Source: Spirulina sp. (GTDB taxonomy: Bacteria > Cyanobacteriota > Cyanobacteriia > Phormidesmidales > Phormidesmidaceae). Taken from it: DNA of 64,000 nt. The position numbers and the translations under genes were made by a program. Below are positions 50,482-59,701 of this stretch, piece after piece. The stretch spans positions 1-64,000 of the forward strand of contig JBIPSI010000022.1 of NCBI GenBank assembly GCA_044070495.1, written 5' to 3'. The stretch's first letter is position 1. Each line of letters opens with the position of its first letter. A model generated the notes under the pieces. The model saw only the letters and a program-made list of their open reading frames with translations, made no database searches and had not been told where the DNA came from.

Positions 50482-50610
50482 CTAGCTGACGGACACAACG
50501 CCGAAAAGCATTGATCTTTCCTAGGTTGGGTGGCGCGATAGCAGAACCCAACAAGCCCGAGATCCTCGACGAGTGTTGGGTTCCGCTTCACTGCACCCAA
50601 CCTACTGGTG
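50482..50610. mobile_element. Degenerate IS50-like MITE/REP doublet
   Basis: CTAGCTGACGGACACAACG...TAGGTTGGGTGGCGCGATAGCAG...CCCAACCTACTGGTG; second end missing. Confidence 0.7.
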
Positions 50611-50656
50611 CTTGATTAAGCGAGTCACATCTCGGCTGCTGACCCCATTCAGGGCG

Positions 50657-51454
50657 CTAGCTAAGTAACCCCACAATCAGCAAAATTGTTCCTAGGCCAA
50701 GGCATCCCACCATCGACCAAAAGGCGATTTGCGCGTTCTGGGTGGCGGACTGCACTAGGGCTTCCTGGGACTTGGGCGAAATAATAAAGGGCTGGTTGGT
50801 GTTGGGCTTTTCAACGGTGAGGGCTCCGGTGCGGTCGCTGACCATGCCTAGAACCGTGACCTGACGCCCTACGGCCAGGATAGATTCCCGGTATCGATAG
50901 CCCAGGGTGCGGCGATTGCCTCCTCCAAAGTTGTCTCCCATGTGCATAGAGAAGTTGCCAAAGGAGATCGACCCACCGCTGGACTGCCCCGGTCGAAATT
51001 CGTTCAGCACCTCAACGGTTTCCATATCAGCGCCTTCGGGGTTCACGGTGACCCGCTCAGAAACCTGATCTACCAAATCGAAGGGGATAGACTGGTTTTC
51101 TTGGCTGATGGTGTCGGAGCCGCGCTGGGTGCGGGTGCGCCAGTTGCCTTTTTCGTCTTGCTCGCGGATGGTTTCTTCATACTCGCGGATGACGGCGTTG
51201 CTGTAGTAGACGCAGGGCATTCCCTTCATGGGCGAGGTGAGAGGGGCCTCGGTGGTGATGGTGCCCCACAGCAGCACATAGTCGCGCCAGTCGCCGCTGC
51301 CAATTTCCTGGGCCACGGCGGCAGCGAGGCTTTTGAGTTCGCCAATGGGGGTGGTGTGGGCCAGCTTCAGGTGCCGGGATCGGTGACCTTGATGCCCTCG
51401 CACAAACCAAAGCGCACCACCAGCCACCAGCAGAAGAAAACCAAAAAATGCCAT
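50657..51454 (-). CDS. GIDE-domain (E3 ligase-associated family) membrane protein
   Basis: TM at both ends; PL.SP....PCVYY, PF.L.D, GYRYRESIL.VG..V.VLG. Confidence 0.7.
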   Translation of the reverse strand: MAFFGFLLLVAGGALWFVRGHQGHRSRHLKLAHTTPIGELKSLAAAVAQEIGSGDWRDYVLLWGTITTEAPLTSPMKGMPCVYYSNAVIREYEETIREQDEKGNWRTRTQRGSDTISQENQSIPFDLVDQVSERVTVNPEGADMETVEVLNEFRPGQSSGGSISFGNFSMHMGDNFGGGNRRTLGYRYRESILAVGRQVTVLGMVSDRTGALTVEKPNTNQPFIISPKSQEALVQSATQNAQIAFWSMVGCLGLGTILLIVGLLS

Positions 51455-51786
51455 GGGACATCAAGGGAACAACGATAGATAGAAGCAGGGCAACGGGAAT
51501 CACCTCCCTCCCCCTAGCTCTCTAAAACAGCGTACCCAGGCCACTCTCCGCAGTATCGGCCCAGGGCCATTACAGTCTGAGATGTTTTGTTGCAAAACTT
51601 AAAGCCTTGGCAGAACTCCTGAAAGCGCTGATAAACTAACACTCAGCGATTTTATTTCAACCCGTCCTTCGTTGCTTTGTTACAACGGATGTCCGGGTCA
51701 TCTGGCGGCATCCCTCGGCATCGTCCTTGGGGAAAATCAGTCCGCTGAACTCAAACACCCTCAATCAACCGCGCAACCACGGACTC

Positions 51787-52863
51787 ATGGTAGATTCCCT
51801 TAAAAAGCCTGAATTTCAAGAAATCCGCCCAGGGGTCAAGGCTCCCGCCAAGGACACCATCCTCACCCCTCGGTTCTACACCACCGACTTTGACGAGATG
51901 GCCACCATGGACATCTCCATCAACGAAGACGAACTCCAGGCCATTTTGGAGGAATTCCGGGCAGACTACAACCGCCACCACTTTGTGCGGGATGAGTCCT
52001 TCGAGCAGTCCTGGGAGCACATCAGTGGCGAAACCCGGCAGTTGTTTGTGGAGTTTCTAGAGCGCTCCTGCACCGCCGAGTTTTCCGGCTTCCTGCTCTA
52101 CAAGGAACTGGGCCGTCGCCTCAAAGACAAAAGCCCCGTGCTGGCCGAGTGCTTCAACCTGATGTCCCGCGATGAGGCCCGCCACGCTGGCTTCCTCAAC
52201 AAGGCGATGTCGGACTTCAACCTTCAGCTCGACCTGGGCTTTTTGACCAAGAGCAAGAAGTACACCTTCTTCAAGCCCAAGTTCATCTTCTACGCCACCT
52301 ACCTCTCCGAGAAAATTGGCTACTGGCGCTACATCACCATCTATCGCCACCTAGAGTCTCACCCCGAAAACGAGGTGTACCCCATCTTCCGGTTCTTCGA
52401 GAACTGGTGCCAAGATGAAAACCGCCACGGCGATTTCTTCTCCGCCCTGATGAAGGCCCAGCCCGACATCGTCACCGACTGGAAGGCCAAGCTGTGGTGC
52501 CGCTTCTTCCTGCTGTCGGTGTTCGCCACCATGTACCTGAACGACCTTCAGCGCAGCGGTTTCTACGCCTCCCTGGGCCTGAACGCACGGGATTACGACA
52601 TCGAAGTGATCGAAAAGACCAACGAAACCGCTGGTCGCGTCTTCCCGGTGATTCTGAACGTGGAACACCCCGACTTCTTCAAGCGCCTGGATGTGGCCGC
52701 TGCCGCCAACGCCAAGATTTCGGCAGTGTCGGAATCCAATCAGCCCAAGCTGCTGCAAACCCTGCAAAAGCTGCCCCACATCGCCACCATCGGCTGGCAA
52801 ATGGTGAGCCTCTACTTCATGAAGCCCATCGATGTCACCGCTTCCCGTGGCCAAGTGCGCTAG
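51787..52863 (+). CDS. acsF: Mg-protoporphyrin IX monomethyl ester oxidative cyclase
   Basis: [47 protein letters not shown]. Confidence 0.97.
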   Translation: MVDSLKKPEFQEIRPGVKAPAKDTILTPRFYTTDFDEMATMDISINEDELQAILEEFRADYNRHHFVRDESFEQSWEHISGETRQLFVEFLERSCTAEFSGFLLYKELGRRLKDKSPVLAECFNLMSRDEARHAGFLNKAMSDFNLQLDLGFLTKSKKYTFFKPKFIFYATYLSEKIGYWRYITIYRHLESHPENEVYPIFRFFENWCQDENRHGDFFSALMKAQPDIVTDWKAKLWCRFFLLSVFATMYLNDLQRSGFYASLGLNARDYDIEVIEKTNETAGRVFPVILNVEHPDFFKRLDVAAAANAKISAVSESNQPKLLQTLQKLPHIATIGWQMVSLYFMKPIDVTASRGQVR

Positions 52864-52972
52864 AGTCTGCGGGTCATTCCCCTAGGGTAATTTCCCTGGG
52901 TAATTGGCCCAAGAAAAAACGCTATCCTCGTTTCCCCCAACGGCTTTGTAGACCTACAGAGCCGTTTTTCTT

Positions 52973-53929
52973 ATGATGGCTAAGCGATTGGTGCATCAAC
53001 AGGCGAGATCGCAGACAAGATCAATGGGAGTGTGTGGTGTGATGGCCCAGTCCTTAGTCCATGGGAAATTGCTTGGCCTAGCCCTAGGCATCATTGGTAG
53101 CCTGGGAAGCGGGGTCGCCATGGCCGAAGAACTCCCGGTTGTGGACTGTTACCCCCATGTCGCTGAGGACGCCGTAGCCTTCGTGTCTCCCGAAGTAGCC
53201 TGTCCGCCTGACGAAGCCACCGTTCTGGCTCAGACCCCAGCGCCATCGGCCACGCCCAATGCCACGCCAGAGGACTCATCCCCCAATCCGGCCCCTGACT
53301 TAACTGCTCCTCTGACGGAGGAGGAACTAGCTCCCCTCGACCTCGATCCCAGAATCATCCAAGAAAGCCCGGTACTGCGACAGTGGCTCAACGAGGTGCC
53401 CGACATTGCCGAGGAAATTCGCCATACGCCCAGCTTTCGTACCCGGCTGCGGGTGGGCTATGCCAACTTTCCCTCCAACGGTGAAATCGGCGGCTTTCAG
53501 TTGGGGGTTGACGATGTTTTTGTGTGGCCCGGAACCGGACTCACCGCCAGCGCCGACTATAGCCGCAGCAGCAACGGCCAGCGAGAATCCTACGGAGCCG
53601 AGGCCCGCTACTACCTGTTGCCCCTGGGTGGCTATGTGAATGTGGCCCCCAGCGTCGGCTATCGTTCGGTATCGGCCCCCGCCTACAGCACCGACGGCGT
53701 TGACCTGGGCCTGCGGCTAATGGTGATTCCCTCCCGTGGGGGCGCGGCGGATTTTTCCCTCAGTCAGCATTGGGTGGCCCCCGGCACCGATAGCGAAGTG
53801 GGCATCACCAGCTTCAACCTAGGCTATGCCGTCACCCGTCAACTGCGCCTCGGCAGCGACCTCCAGTTTCAAAACTCTCGCTTTGGCCGAGATAGCCGCT
53901 GGGGGCTGTCGCTGGAATGGCTGCTGTAG
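52973..53929 (+). CDS. Hypothetical exported protein with a beta-barrel-like C-terminus
   Basis: Signal peptide, Pro-rich linker, amphipathic beta strands ending GLSLEWLL; real start probably later. Confidence 0.6.
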   Translation: MMAKRLVHQQARSQTRSMGVCGVMAQSLVHGKLLGLALGIIGSLGSGVAMAEELPVVDCYPHVAEDAVAFVSPEVACPPDEATVLAQTPAPSATPNATPEDSSPNPAPDLTAPLTEEELAPLDLDPRIIQESPVLRQWLNEVPDIAEEIRHTPSFRTRLRVGYANFPSNGEIGGFQLGVDDVFVWPGTGLTASADYSRSSNGQRESYGAEARYYLLPLGGYVNVAPSVGYRSVSAPAYSTDGVDLGLRLMVIPSRGGAADFSLSQHWVAPGTDSEVGITSFNLGYAVTRQLRLGSDLQFQNSRFGRDSRWGLSLEWLL

Positions 53930-53945
53930 ATAAGCCACTGATCCG

Positions 53946-54033
53946 CTGAGATGACGATACTCATTGGCCAACCACCTCCCTGAACCTTACGTCTAGGGTC
54001 GCCTAATCATCAACGTTGGTGTTTCGCGATGTA
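53946..54033 (-). repeat. Inverted copy of 30194-30281 (UPF0175 upstream region plus first codons)
   Basis: 88 bp, near-identical reverse complement. Confidence 0.9.
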
Positions 54034-54149
54034 AGTAGGTGGGACGAATTAAATGCCAAATAGTTAATCACCTGTAACCCTTGCCAATTGAGGCTTTCAG
54101 CGATTGTGAAGAAGCCGAATCATCTTACAAATGATTGAGCTTTACTACT
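54034..54149. mobile_element. IS630-like mini element/remnant
   Basis: TA-AGTAGGTGGGACGAATTAAAT...CTACT-TA, resembling the IS630 end at 30491. Confidence 0.55.
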
Positions 54150-54280
54150 TACCTCAGACATCGAGATGAGGTACATACTTATCTTGCAGAACGCCAACAG
54201 CGGGCCGAATTGATTCAACAAGACGCTGAGCAACGTTTTAGCCCCGTGGGCATACGTGATCGACTCCTGGCTAGGCGAAA
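54150..54280 (+). pseudogene. 3' fragment of a DUF433 gene (inverted copy of 32349-32479)
   Basis: YLRH.DEVHTYLAERQQRAELIQQDAEQRFSPVGIRDRLLARR, near-identical to the intact gene. Confidence 0.9.
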
Positions 54281-54391
54281 GGGGGTTGTGGTCGCCTGCG
54301 TGGATGGGAAGGGCGAGGAGTTGACCTGATTTCAAGGTGTGCATCTACCCTAGGGTTGGGCATTCTAGAGTGAACGCATTTTCCCTATGCC

Positions 54392-55621
54392 ATGACCCAT
54401 CCTCACCGTAAAACCCTGGCTGTGTGGCAGCCCTTCTTTTTGGGGGGCGGGGCCGAAGCCGTGGCCCTGTGGCTGTTGGCCGCCTTGGTTGACGACTACG
54501 ACGTTACCCTCTACACCATCTCCGGGGTTGACCTAGCCAAGCTTGACGCCATGTATGGCACCGCCCTAGCCCAGTCTCCCAGTTTGCAAGTGCAGGCGTT
54601 GCTGCCCTCCCGCTATACCCGTTGGGTGGATGGCCTGATCGCCAACTTCTCCTGGGCACAAATCCTGTTCAACCATCTCTCCCTGCGGGGGTTTAAGCGG
54701 GTGAGCGCCGATTGCGACCTGCCGATTTCGGCCTTTAACGCCGTGGATTTGGGCAAGCCGGGGTTTCAGTATCTGCACTGGGTCAACGTGGTGGAAAAAT
54801 CCTGGAAACAGGCTGGCCCGGTAATGAAGCTGGCCCTCTGGCTGTCGAATTTTTCTGAGGAACGGCTGAAGGCCAATGCCTCGGTGGCCAACTCCCACCA
54901 CACCGCCGAAAAGGTGATGGAAACCTACGGCATTGCGGCCCCGGTACTCTATCCTCCGGTGGTGAGTGACCTGGTACCCGTACCCTGGGAGGACAAGGAA
55001 GACGCCTTTTTGTGCAGCGGGCGGGTGGTGTTTGCCAAGCAGACCCACCGGGTCATTGAGATTCTGGCGGCGGTGCGGCAGCGGGGCTTTAACGTCAAGC
55101 TCTACATCACGGGCGGCGGCGGCGGCACCTACGGCTGGGGCTACCAAAACAAGGTGCGAAAGCTGGCCCGCGCCCATGCCGACTGGGTGACCTACTACGA
55201 GAACCTACCCTATGCCGACTATCTGCAAGTAGTGGGCCGCTGTCGCTACGGCATCCACCACAAACCCGAACCCTTTGGCATTTCCGTGGCCGAAATGGTG
55301 AAGGCGGGGCTGATTCCCTTCGTCTGTTCGCGGGGGGGGCAAATTGAAATTGTTAACGCCGCTAATACCGATTTAATCTTCATCAAAGCCCAGGATGCGG
55401 TGGATAAAATTGCCGCCGTTCTCGCCAACCCCCATCGTCAGCAGGAATTGCGTGCTTCCCTCGCCCAGCAATCCCCTCTATTTTCCACCGAACGCTTTAC
55501 CCAAGAAATCCAAGCCGCCGTTGCCCAATGCCTAACCTCATCAACTACCACGTCATCGACGATCACAACGTCGGCGACCTCCTCTCCTCCCCCCTCCGAT
55601 ACTTCCCCTTCCCCGGCCTAG
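54392..55621 (+). CDS. GT4-family glycosyltransferase
   Basis: GGGAEAVA, ANS..TA, LYPPV, GR...K, EPFGISVAE. Confidence 0.88.
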   Translation: MTHPHRKTLAVWQPFFLGGGAEAVALWLLAALVDDYDVTLYTISGVDLAKLDAMYGTALAQSPSLQVQALLPSRYTRWVDGLIANFSWAQILFNHLSLRGFKRVSADCDLPISAFNAVDLGKPGFQYLHWVNVVEKSWKQAGPVMKLALWLSNFSEERLKANASVANSHHTAEKVMETYGIAAPVLYPPVVSDLVPVPWEDKEDAFLCSGRVVFAKQTHRVIEILAAVRQRGFNVKLYITGGGGGTYGWGYQNKVRKLARAHADWVTYYENLPYADYLQVVGRCRYGIHHKPEPFGISVAEMVKAGLIPFVCSRGGQIEIVNAANTDLIFIKAQDAVDKIAAVLANPHRQQELRASLAQQSPLFSTERFTQEIQAAVAQCLTSSTTTSSTITTSATSSPPPSDTSPSPA

Positions 55622-56403
55622 CCAGCACCGCCCGCGATCTGCGCACCCTCGATCCCAACCATCTACCCTCATCCCTGGCGGCGGATCACGTCATCATCGG
55701 TGGCGGTGGCCTGTTGTTCGATCACTTTTTGCCCCAAATTACCGCCCTGCAAGAGGCCCCCCACAGAGGCCAGCGGATTGTGTGGGGGGCAGGCCAACAA
55801 ACCTACGCCCTCCATCGCCTAGGCGACTATCGCCAGTTTGACTATCGCCCCTACCTGGCCCACTGCGACCTAGTGGGAGTGCGCGACGATGATGTCCCTT
55901 GGCCCTGGGTGCCCTGTGCCAGTTGTATGCACCCCGCCTTCGACCAACCCCGCCCACCTCAGCATGAGATCGTGGTGTTCTCCCACCAGAAATTTCAGAT
56001 TGATATGCCGGGATTCCCCCACCTCACCCATACCGAAACGGACTTCGAGACGGTGCTAGCGTTCCTCGGCTCCGGCGAAACCATCCTCACCAGTTCCTTC
56101 CACGGAGCCTACTGGGGCACGCTGCTGGGCCGCAAGGTGTTGGCCTTTCCCTTTAGCAGCAAGTTTGCCAGCCTACGCCATCGGCCCACGCTGTACCCCC
56201 TCAAAACCTGGAGCAACACCCGCTGGCGGTTGGGCCTTCGGGGCAAAACGTTCTTCGAGCTAACCTACAAAAATAAATACCGCTGCGCCACCCAGGGCTG
56301 GCAGGATTTCCTCTCCCAAAACCAAGCCTACCCAGACAGCCTCGCCGAATGTCGCGCCGCCAACCAAGCCTTCTACAACCAGGTGATGGATCGGCTGGGG
56401 TAA
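55528..56403 (+). CDS. Polysaccharide pyruvyl transferase-like protein
   Basis: NVGD, IIGGGGL, VWGAG, VGVRD, TSSFHG. Confidence 0.7.
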   Translation: MPNLINYHVIDDHNVGDLLSSPLRYFPFPGLASTARDLRTLDPNHLPSSLAADHVIIGGGGLLFDHFLPQITALQEAPHRGQRIVWGAGQQTYALHRLGDYRQFDYRPYLAHCDLVGVRDDDVPWPWVPCASCMHPAFDQPRPPQHEIVVFSHQKFQIDMPGFPHLTHTETDFETVLAFLGSGETILTSSFHGAYWGTLLGRKVLAFPFSSKFASLRHRPTLYPLKTWSNTRWRLGLRGKTFFELTYKNKYRCATQGWQDFLSQNQAYPDSLAECRAANQAFYNQVMDRLG

Positions 56404-56549
56404 GCCCGCCCGCACTGAGGTTAACAACATGGTCTCCGGCTCTAACCACGTCCCAAAAAAATATCCCTTGGCCTCCAGGGTGCAAGCAACCGAGGGGCCA
56501 ATGGACAGTAAATAGCTTGGAGCCTAGGGCACACCAGCAACCGAGAACC

Positions 56550-56697
56550 CTGGCTGCCTGACACATCTCCCAAGTAGGTTGGGTGCAGCGAAGCGGAGCC
56601 CAACACTCGCTAAGAACCTAGGGCTTGTTGGGTTCTGCTATCGCGCCACCCAACCTACCAGCAATCAAGGCTTTTCAGCGTTGTGTCAGGCAGACAG
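56550..56697. mobile_element. Complete 148-bp MITE with IS50/Tn5-like ends, internal REP doublet and 9-bp TSD
   Basis: CTGGCTGCCTGACACA...TGTGTCAGGCAGACAG flanked by CCGAGAACC at 56541-56549 and 56698-56706. Confidence 0.88.
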
Positions 56698-56759
56698 CCG
56701 AGAACCTTCCCATAGGGATCAATTGAGGCCAAAAAACCAATGCCGGAGGATTCGCTGAG

Positions 56760-57152
56760 TTAGCGGGGGCTAACTTGCTTAGCCATATCCTTAAAGGGAG
56801 ACAGGCTGGGGCCAGGACGGCGACGGCTGGTGGTGGTGGAGCCTGTGAGGTAGTTGGCCGCAAAGCTGGTTACCGGGGTAGCGGTCTTTGCTGGTTGGGC
56901 TGCGACCGGGGCCGCAACGGGCTTGGCAGCGGGAGCAGGGCTTGGTGCAGTCTCTGAAGTGGCCTTAACAGGGGCAGCCGCAACTGGTGCAGCAGGGGCC
57001 GTCGCTGTAGGAGCCGCCGCCGCAGGAGGGGTTTCGGTAGATCCTTCTTCCAGTTCCATGTAGAACTCAGACTTTTTACCAACGCCAAACACGCCCAAGA
57101 TGGCCTTGAAGAGACCGCCAACGATGCCAAAAATAGACTTGATAAAACCCAT
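56760..57152 (-). CDS. Small cyanobacterial protein with an amphipathic N-terminus and Ala/Pro linker
   Basis: FIKSIFG, FYMEL, C-terminal RRRPGPSLSPF.DMA. Confidence 0.7.
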   Translation of the reverse strand: MGFIKSIFGIVGGLFKAILGVFGVGKKSEFYMELEEGSTETPPAAAAPTATAPAAPVAAAPVKATSETAPSPAPAAKPVAAPVAAQPAKTATPVTSFAANYLTGSTTTSRRRPGPSLSPFKDMAKQVSPR

Positions 57153-57293
57153 GGGTATATCCTTCTAACCTGCTGTTCTGAATTAATTATCAAGTTCCAT
57201 TACGCACTCTCATCTTGTAAGGGGCGATCTAGATACAAAAGTTAATGTTGCCCTGTCCCCCAGAGTTCTGAGGGCACCGCTGTTGGAAAACCC

Positions 57294-58817
57294 TCAGGCT
57301 AGGGCGTTTTGATAAAACGCCTGCATAGAGCGTTGCCACTGCTGCCGGGAGGCTTCCCAGGTGTAGAACATGTGGCCCCCGTGGAAGTGGCGCAGGGCCA
57401 GGTTGGGCTGTAATTCTAGGTTGAGGGCCATCAAATCTACCAGCAGGTTGGAGGCAAAGTAGGGCGTCACAAGGTCGAAAATGCCGTGGTTAATGGCCAC
57501 CTGCATGTACGGGTTGAGGGCCATGGCTGCTCGCAGGTCGTCTACGGATCCCACAAAGCCCTGCTTCGCCTCACTGGCCGAGAGGAACGTCCAGGCCTTG
57601 AAGACCTCGTAGTTCAGCAGGTGGTAGGTGAGCGGGGTGGAGAGACCCAAAGTACTGCGCAGGTGGCTGTTGATGGCCCCCGTGAACAGGCGATCTAGTC
57701 CTTCTAGGGTGGGGTCGGTGCCTTGGTTCAGCAGCCGACCGGGGAAGGGATCGATGGCGGTCACCGAGGCATCGTACAGACCTAGGATGTGCTCTTGATC
57801 CCGCAGCAGTTCCCGCGCAAAGAGGCCACTCTCTAAACGTCCTCGGCAGCGCTGCACCACCTCTAAGGGCAGCCCCACCCAGGCCGCCAATTCCCCGTAG
57901 ACTTGCTGGCGTTCCTCCTCGCTGGCCAGGTTGCCCAGGGCCAGGAAAGGGATCAACCGCTGACGGGCAAAGGTTTCGGCTTTGGCGGCGTGGGCTTCGG
58001 GGCTGTCGGCGGTATTTACCCGCCCGTGGTGAACGGCGGCGGCGGCCATAGAGGGGATCGCCGTGGCCCAGCCGGAGAAGGTGTAGTCGGTGCCGCCCAG
58101 CAGATCAAACTCCAGCACCGGGGAGATGATGATGGTGCCATTCAGCCCCACGCCAAAGTCTTGCTGCAAGCGGCGGGCCAGCTTGGCAACCCGAAATCCG
58201 CCGTAGCTTTCTCCAGCAATAAAAATCGGCGATAGCCACCGATGCTGGTCGGACAGGTAGCGCTGGATAAATTCCCCCAGGGCCTTCAAGTCTCGGTCGA
58301 GGTTCCAGAAGGTTTTGGCCTGCTCTAGGGCCGAGGCGCTGGGGGCAGGCGTTTCGGCATGGGTCGATTTCTCCTGATCCCCCTTAGCAGGGCTGGCGGC
58401 GGATTTAGACGCAGACTCCTCTGGCTTGGGCAGGGCGCGGCTAAACCCCGTCCCAATGGGATCGATGAACACCAGATCGGTGAACGGTAGCCAGGTTTCG
58501 GCATTGTCTACCACCTGTACCGGCGGCTTGGGTAGGCCCCCATTTGCCTGGAAGGCCACCCGCTTTGGCCCCATCGCCCCCATGTGCAGATAGGCCGACG
58601 CCGCCCCTGGCCCCCCATTCACCACAAAGGTGAGCGGACGGTGGGGGGCATCCTCGGTCTCTACGGTGTAGGCCACGTAGAACATTTCGGCTACGGGCTG
58701 GTCGTTGTCGTAGAGGGTTTGCCACTGGGCTTCGGCGATGTAGGGGATCATGCCCTGGGGGGTGGCAAGGGTGTGTTGGGTGGTGCAGCCCTGACGGGGG
58801 GAGAAGGGTTGATTCAT
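57294..58817 (-). CDS. Serine carboxypeptidase S10 family
   Basis: NGGPG.AS, DP.GTGFS, GESYGG, G.FDL.TP, GGHMFY. Confidence 0.92.
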   Translation of the reverse strand: MNQPFSPRQGCTTQHTLATPQGMIPYIAEAQWQTLYDNDQPVAEMFYVAYTVETEDAPHRPLTFVVNGGPGAASAYLHMGAMGPKRVAFQANGGLPKPPVQVVDNAETWLPFTDLVFIDPIGTGFSRALPKPEESASKSAASPAKGDQEKSTHAETPAPSASALEQAKTFWNLDRDLKALGEFIQRYLSDQHRWLSPIFIAGESYGGFRVAKLARRLQQDFGVGLNGTIIISPVLEFDLLGGTDYTFSGWATAIPSMAAAAVHHGRVNTADSPEAHAAKAETFARQRLIPFLALGNLASEEERQQVYGELAAWVGLPLEVVQRCRGRLESGLFARELLRDQEHILGLYDASVTAIDPFPGRLLNQGTDPTLEGLDRLFTGAINSHLRSTLGLSTPLTYHLLNYEVFKAWTFLSASEAKQGFVGSVDDLRAAMALNPYMQVAINHGIFDLVTPYFASNLLVDLMALNLELQPNLALRHFHGGHMFYTWEASRQQWQRSMQAFYQNALA

Positions 58818-58824
58818 CGGTGGG

Positions 58825-59430
58825 TTAGGAAAGACGACCTAAACGATCTAAGGGCCAGAAACGCAATCTCGCTTTGCCAATTAAGTTTTGCTGGGGCAGC
58901 GGCCCCCACACATGGGAGTCGTTGCTGTCGTTGCGGTTGTCGCCCAGCACAAACACATAGCCCGGAGGCACCGCGATGGCGGGCATCTCATACTGGGGGG
59001 CTTCCAAAATGTAGCTCTCCGCTAGGGGATCGCCGTTGATTAGAATTCTTCCCCCTTGCACCTGTACCGTATCCCCTGGTTCGCCAATGATGCGTTTAAT
59101 AAAGGCTTGGCTGCCGTCGTAGCCCAGTTTGACGAGCTTGGCCGGGGGATTAAACACCACAATGTCGCCCCGGTGGGGAGCCTGCCAGCGGTAGCCAATT
59201 TTATCCACCAGCAGACGATCCCCAATGTGCAGGGTGGGATCCATCGAGTTGGACGGAATGTAGCGCGGTTCGGCAATGGCGACCCGCACCACCAGGGCCA
59301 CAACGAGGGCAATCAACAGCACCCGCAGATTACTCCATAAGCTATTGGGTTGGGCGGCCTGGGCCTCTGGCTTGGGCGTAGATGGGGCAGAGGTTTGGGA
59401 ACCAGAGGATTCAGGGGGCATCGGTTTCAT
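58825..59430 (-). CDS. lepB: Signal peptidase I
   Basis: IPSNSM.PTL, FIKRIIG.PGD, GDNRNDS.DS..WG. Confidence 0.93.
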   Translation of the reverse strand: MKPMPPESSGSQTSAPSTPKPEAQAAQPNSLWSNLRVLLIALVVALVVRVAIAEPRYIPSNSMDPTLHIGDRLLVDKIGYRWQAPHRGDIVVFNPPAKLVKLGYDGSQAFIKRIIGEPGDTVQVQGGRILINGDPLAESYILEAPQYEMPAIAVPPGYVFVLGDNRNDSNDSHVWGPLPQQNLIGKARLRFWPLDRLGRLS

Positions 59431-59701
59431 AGGGACGGAAGCGGAGCAGAAAGAATACCATGGCGGTTGCGACATTCGTGATCGCGACATTCATTATACG
59501 GAGTGGCCGTGAGTCCCACTCCCCTATCGCCAGCTTTGCTGACCAGCGGTTCACCGACCGATCCATGGCTGTAGCCAGTCTGGTTGAGACATTTCTCCTT
59601 TAAAGGGTAGGACATTCCAACGTTGGTAACGTTGCCTGAATGTCCCTGACCCAAGTGACGATAGCGACAACCTCAGACCAGGGAAACCTAAGCCCCCTGG
59701 G

